Below, in pieces: positions 61,078 through 64,000 of a stretch of DNA of 64,000 nucleotides. How positions within the stretch are numbered: position 1 is the stretch's first letter; each line of letters begins with the position of its first letter. This stretch comes from an uncultured Candidatus Rokubacteria bacterium (GTDB lineage Bacteria; Methylomirabilota; Methylomirabilia; Rokubacteriales; CSP1-6), in assembly GCA_963771355.1 (NCBI GenBank), contig CAVYTA010000007.1:320001-384000 (forward strand), given 5' to 3'. The notes under the pieces were generated by a model, which was not told where the DNA came from, did no database searches, and was given only the letters and a program-made list of their open reading frames with translations. The translations under genes were made by a program, and so were the position numbers.

Positions 61078-62202
61078 TCAGCGCCGCTCGAGAGCCAGCT
61101 CGATCAGGCGCGCGATGAGGGCAGGGTAGGGCAACCCGGTGGCCTCCCAGAGGCGGGGGTAGGCGCTGGTGGCGGTGAAGCCCGGGATGGTGTTGATCTC
61201 GTTGACGAGCACGCGCTCGTCGCCCTCGATGAAGAAGTCCACCCGCGCCATGCCGGCGCAGTCGATGGCCTGGAAGGCGCGGACGGCGAGCTCGCGCACG
61301 CGCGCGGTGGTCTCCGGCGACAGCGGCGCCGGGATCTGAAAGGTGGTCTGCCCCTCGGCGTACTTGGTCTCGTAGTCGTACCACTCGCCCGCGAAGCGCA
61401 CCTCGCCGGGGAGCGAGGCCTCGGGCGCGTCATTGCCCAGCACCGCCACCTCCACCTCCCGCGCCACCACCGCGCGCTCGACGAGCAGCCGGCGATCGTG
61501 GAGCGCGGCCTGATCGAGCGCGGCCGGCAACGCCTCCGGCGCCTTGACCTTGCTGATGCCCACGCTCGAGCCGAGATTGGCGGGCTTCACGAAGCAGGGG
61601 AAGCCGATGCGGCGGGCGACCTCGGCCCGCACCGTCTCCGGACGCTGCTCCCAGTCGTGGCGGGCCACCGCCAGGTAGTCGACCACCGGCAGCCCGTGGG
61701 CCCGGAACATGTCCTTCATGGCCACCTTGTCCATGCCGATGGCGGAGCCGAGCACCCGCGCGCCCACGTAGGGGATGTCCGCCAGCTCGAGCAGGCCCTG
61801 GATGGTGCCATCCTCGCCGCGGGGGCCGTGGAGCATGACGATCACCGCGTCCAGCTCCTGGCGGAGGCGCGGCGGCAGGCTCTCGGAGGTCTCGGCGCGG
61901 GCAAGCGAGGCGCCCCCTGCCGCGCTCGAGGCCCGCGCGGCGAGCCCGCGCTTGACGTCGGACTCCGCCCCGCCTTCAGTGAGCGCGTGCTGGGAGGCCG
62001 CCTCGGTGAGCGCGCGCATGGGATCACCACCTACGAGCCAGCGCCCCTCGCGGGTGATCCCGATCGGGACCACGTCGAACCGGGCACCGTCCATGGCCGC
62101 CATCACCGAGGCCGCGCTGGCCAGCGACACCTCGTGCTCGCCGGAACGCCCGCCGAACACCACGCCCACCCGGAGCTTGGTCCCCGATCGCTCGCGCGCC
62201 AT
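61078..62202 (-). CDS. ddl: D-alanine--D-alanine ligase
   Basis: FGGRSGEHEVS, HGPRGEDG, KPANLGSSVG, YDYETKY, NEINTIPGFT. Confidence 0.96.
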   Translation of the reverse strand: MARERSGTKLRVGVVFGGRSGEHEVSLASAASVMAAMDGARFDVVPIGITREGRWLVGGDPMRALTEAASQHALTEGGAESDVKRGLAARASSAAGGASLARAETSESLPPRLRQELDAVIVMLHGPRGEDGTIQGLLELADIPYVGARVLGSAIGMDKVAMKDMFRAHGLPVVDYLAVARHDWEQRPETVRAEVARRIGFPCFVKPANLGSSVGISKVKAPEALPAALDQAALHDRRLLVERAVVAREVEVAVLGNDAPEASLPGEVRFAGEWYDYETKYAEGQTTFQIPAPLSPETTARVRELAVRAFQAIDCAGMARVDFFIEGDERVLVNEINTIPGFTATSAYPRLWEATGLPYPALIARLIELALERR

Positions 62203-62269
62203 AGGCTTCCGTTGTATCAGACCGCCACCGGGCGGCGCGACAAGTCAGTTGAGCCGCGGGCGCGCCTCA

Positions 62270-63625
62270 TCACGCCGGCTTGGTCCCGGCACGCGCCCGG
62301 CGCTGCTCACGCCACTGGAGGAGGCGGGCCGCGAGGTCCTTCTCCTGCCCGCGCTCGGTGGGGCGGTAGTACGTCCGGCCCCGCAGCGCCGCCGGCAGAT
62401 GCTCCTGATCTACCTGCGCGTCGGGCGCGTCGTGCGCGTACTGATAGCCCTTGCCATAGCCCAGGCCGGCCATGAGCCCGGTGGGGGCATTGCGCAGGTG
62501 CAGCGGCACCGGCTCGGCGGGCAGCTCGCGGATGTCGTCGCGCACCGCGTTCCACGCCGCGTAGACGGCGTTGGACTTCGGCGCCAGCGCGAGATAGCAG
62601 GCGGCCTGGGCCAGCGCCAGCTCGCCCTCAGGCGTGCCCAGGAAGTGATAGGCCTCCTTGGCGTCGAGGGTGACCCGTAGCGCGCCGGGGTCGGCGTTGC
62701 CCACGTCCTCGGAGGCGAAGCGGACGAGCCGGCGCGCGACGTAGAGCGGATCCTCGCCCGCGTCGAGCATGCGGCCCAGCCAGTAGAGCGCCCCGTCCGG
62801 ATCCGAGTCACGCAGCGACTTGTGCAGGGCGGAGATGAGGTTGTAGTGCTCCTCGCCGGCCTTGTCGTAGAGGAGGGCCTTCTTCTGCACCGCCTCGCGG
62901 ATGGCGCCCGCGGTGAGGCGGCGCTCGGTGCCCGGGCGCGCCGCCTCGAGCTCGACCGCCAGCTCCAGAATATTGAGCGCGTTCCGCGCGTCGCCGCCCG
63001 CCATCACGGTGAGGAGCCGGAGCGCATCCGGCTCCGCCGTCACGTCCGAGCCTCCGAGCCCCCGCTCCCCATCCGCCAGCGCGCGCTCGAGTATGCCGAC
63101 CAGATCGGCCTCGGCCAGGGGCTGGAGCACGTACACGCGGCAGCGTGAGAGCAGCGCGGCATTGACCTCGAAGGACGGGTTCTCGGTGGTCGCCCCCACC
63201 AGCACGATGTCGCCCTTCTCGACATAGGGCAGGAAGGCGTCCTGCTGCGCCTTGTTGAAGCGGTGGATCTCGTCCACGAACAGGATGGTGCGCCGCCCGC
63301 GCCGGGCGCGGTCGGCCTCGGCCTCCGCCATCACCTGCCGGATCTCCTTCACGCCGGCGAGCACGGCCGAGAAGGTCACGAAGCGCGCCCCCACCACCTG
63401 GGCCATGAGCAGCGCCAGCGTGGTCTTGCCGGTGCCCGGCGGGCCCCAGAGGATCATGGAATGGAGCCGGCCCGCCTCGAGCGATTGGCGCAACACCTTG
63501 CCTGGCCCGATGAGATGGCCCTGGCCCACCACCTCGTCCAGCGTGCGGGGCCGCATCCGGTCGGCAAGCGGCCCCGGCGAGGCGTGAGACGCAGACGCGG
63601 GAGCCGGCTGGTCGAAGAGATCCAC
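62270..63625 (-). CDS. rarA: Replication-associated recombination protein A (MgsA)
   Basis: [51 protein letters not shown]. Confidence 0.96.
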   Translation of the reverse strand: MDLFDQPAPASASHASPGPLADRMRPRTLDEVVGQGHLIGPGKVLRQSLEAGRLHSMILWGPPGTGKTTLALLMAQVVGARFVTFSAVLAGVKEIRQVMAEAEADRARRGRRTILFVDEIHRFNKAQQDAFLPYVEKGDIVLVGATTENPSFEVNAALLSRCRVYVLQPLAEADLVGILERALADGERGLGGSDVTAEPDALRLLTVMAGGDARNALNILELAVELEAARPGTERRLTAGAIREAVQKKALLYDKAGEEHYNLISALHKSLRDSDPDGALYWLGRMLDAGEDPLYVARRLVRFASEDVGNADPGALRVTLDAKEAYHFLGTPEGELALAQAACYLALAPKSNAVYAAWNAVRDDIRELPAEPVPLHLRNAPTGLMAGLGYGKGYQYAHDAPDAQVDQEHLPAALRGRTYYRPTERGQEKDLAARLLQWREQRRARAGTKPA

Positions 63626-63629
63626 GAGC

Positions 63630-63998
63630 TTACTCGACGGGGTTTCGCTTGGCGGTGGGGAGACCGATCCGGATGAAGGCGTGCTTCTCGGCGGCATGGC
63701 AGGCGGTGCAGGCGGCGCGCATCGCCTCGATGCGCTGCTTGAAGAGCGCGGGGTCCTTCTTCTTGATGGCCTCCACGACCTGGGGCAGCGGGCCCTTGAG
63801 GAAGAGGTTCTCGGCATTGGCCTTCCGGCTGGGACTGCGCTCGAGCCCGAGCCGGAGCGCGCTCTCGAGCGTCATGGCCATGTGCGCCGCGTAGTCCCAG
63901 TTGCCTTCCACGCCGCCGAAGTACATCTCGCCGTAGCGATACGAGACCTCGGCCATCGCGGTCTCGAAGCCGCGGAGCTGGCGCTGGATGGCCGGGAT
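63630..63998 (-). CDS. Helical c-type cytochrome-like protein (partial, 5' end outside the window)
   Basis: C-terminal CTACH heme-binding motif in a helical protein. Confidence 0.65.
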   Translation of the reverse strand: MPAIQRQLRGFETAMAEVSYRYGEMYFGGVEGNWDYAAHMAMTLESALRLGLERSPSRKANAENLFLKGPLPQVVEAIKKKDPALFKQRIEAMRAACTACHAAEKHAFIRIGLPTAKRNPVE

Positions 63999-64000
63999 GC

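Overview
Very GC-rich bacterial chromosomal segment from a diderm (lptD, lolA). GC content, gene content and synteny suggest Candidatus Rokubacteria/Methylomirabilota, but this is inference only. The window is mostly housekeeping genes: folC-lptD-DegT-ubiA-dprE1/E2, gltX, glgA-glnB-glnE-polA-coaE-rsmA, rnj-ftsK-lolA-yajQ, rimO-pgpA-cinA-thpR, recA-pilT-recX-alaS, a divergent polyamine cluster, and murG-ddl-rarA. Notable items: (1) a LAGLIDADG intein in polA, with a frame break inside the endonuclease and AT-rich flanking codons; (2) DprE1 and DprE2 joined in one ORF by a linker made of a 34-bp direct repeat; (3) an adenylate cyclase plus two LysM lipoproteins inserted between thpR and recA, followed by a 140-bp hairpin; (4) a receiver domain fused to an Avd-like four-helix bundle; (5) a polyamine locus with two different aminopropyltransferases and a coupled methyltransferase; (6) a sigma54-driven PEP-CTERM gene; (7) several apparently leaderless genes, and several genes lacking a canonical start codon. 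Four genes carry small frameshifts that are most likely sequencing indels. No tRNA, rRNA, CRISPR array or transposase was recognised. All assignments come from motif recognition by eye; no database searches were run.
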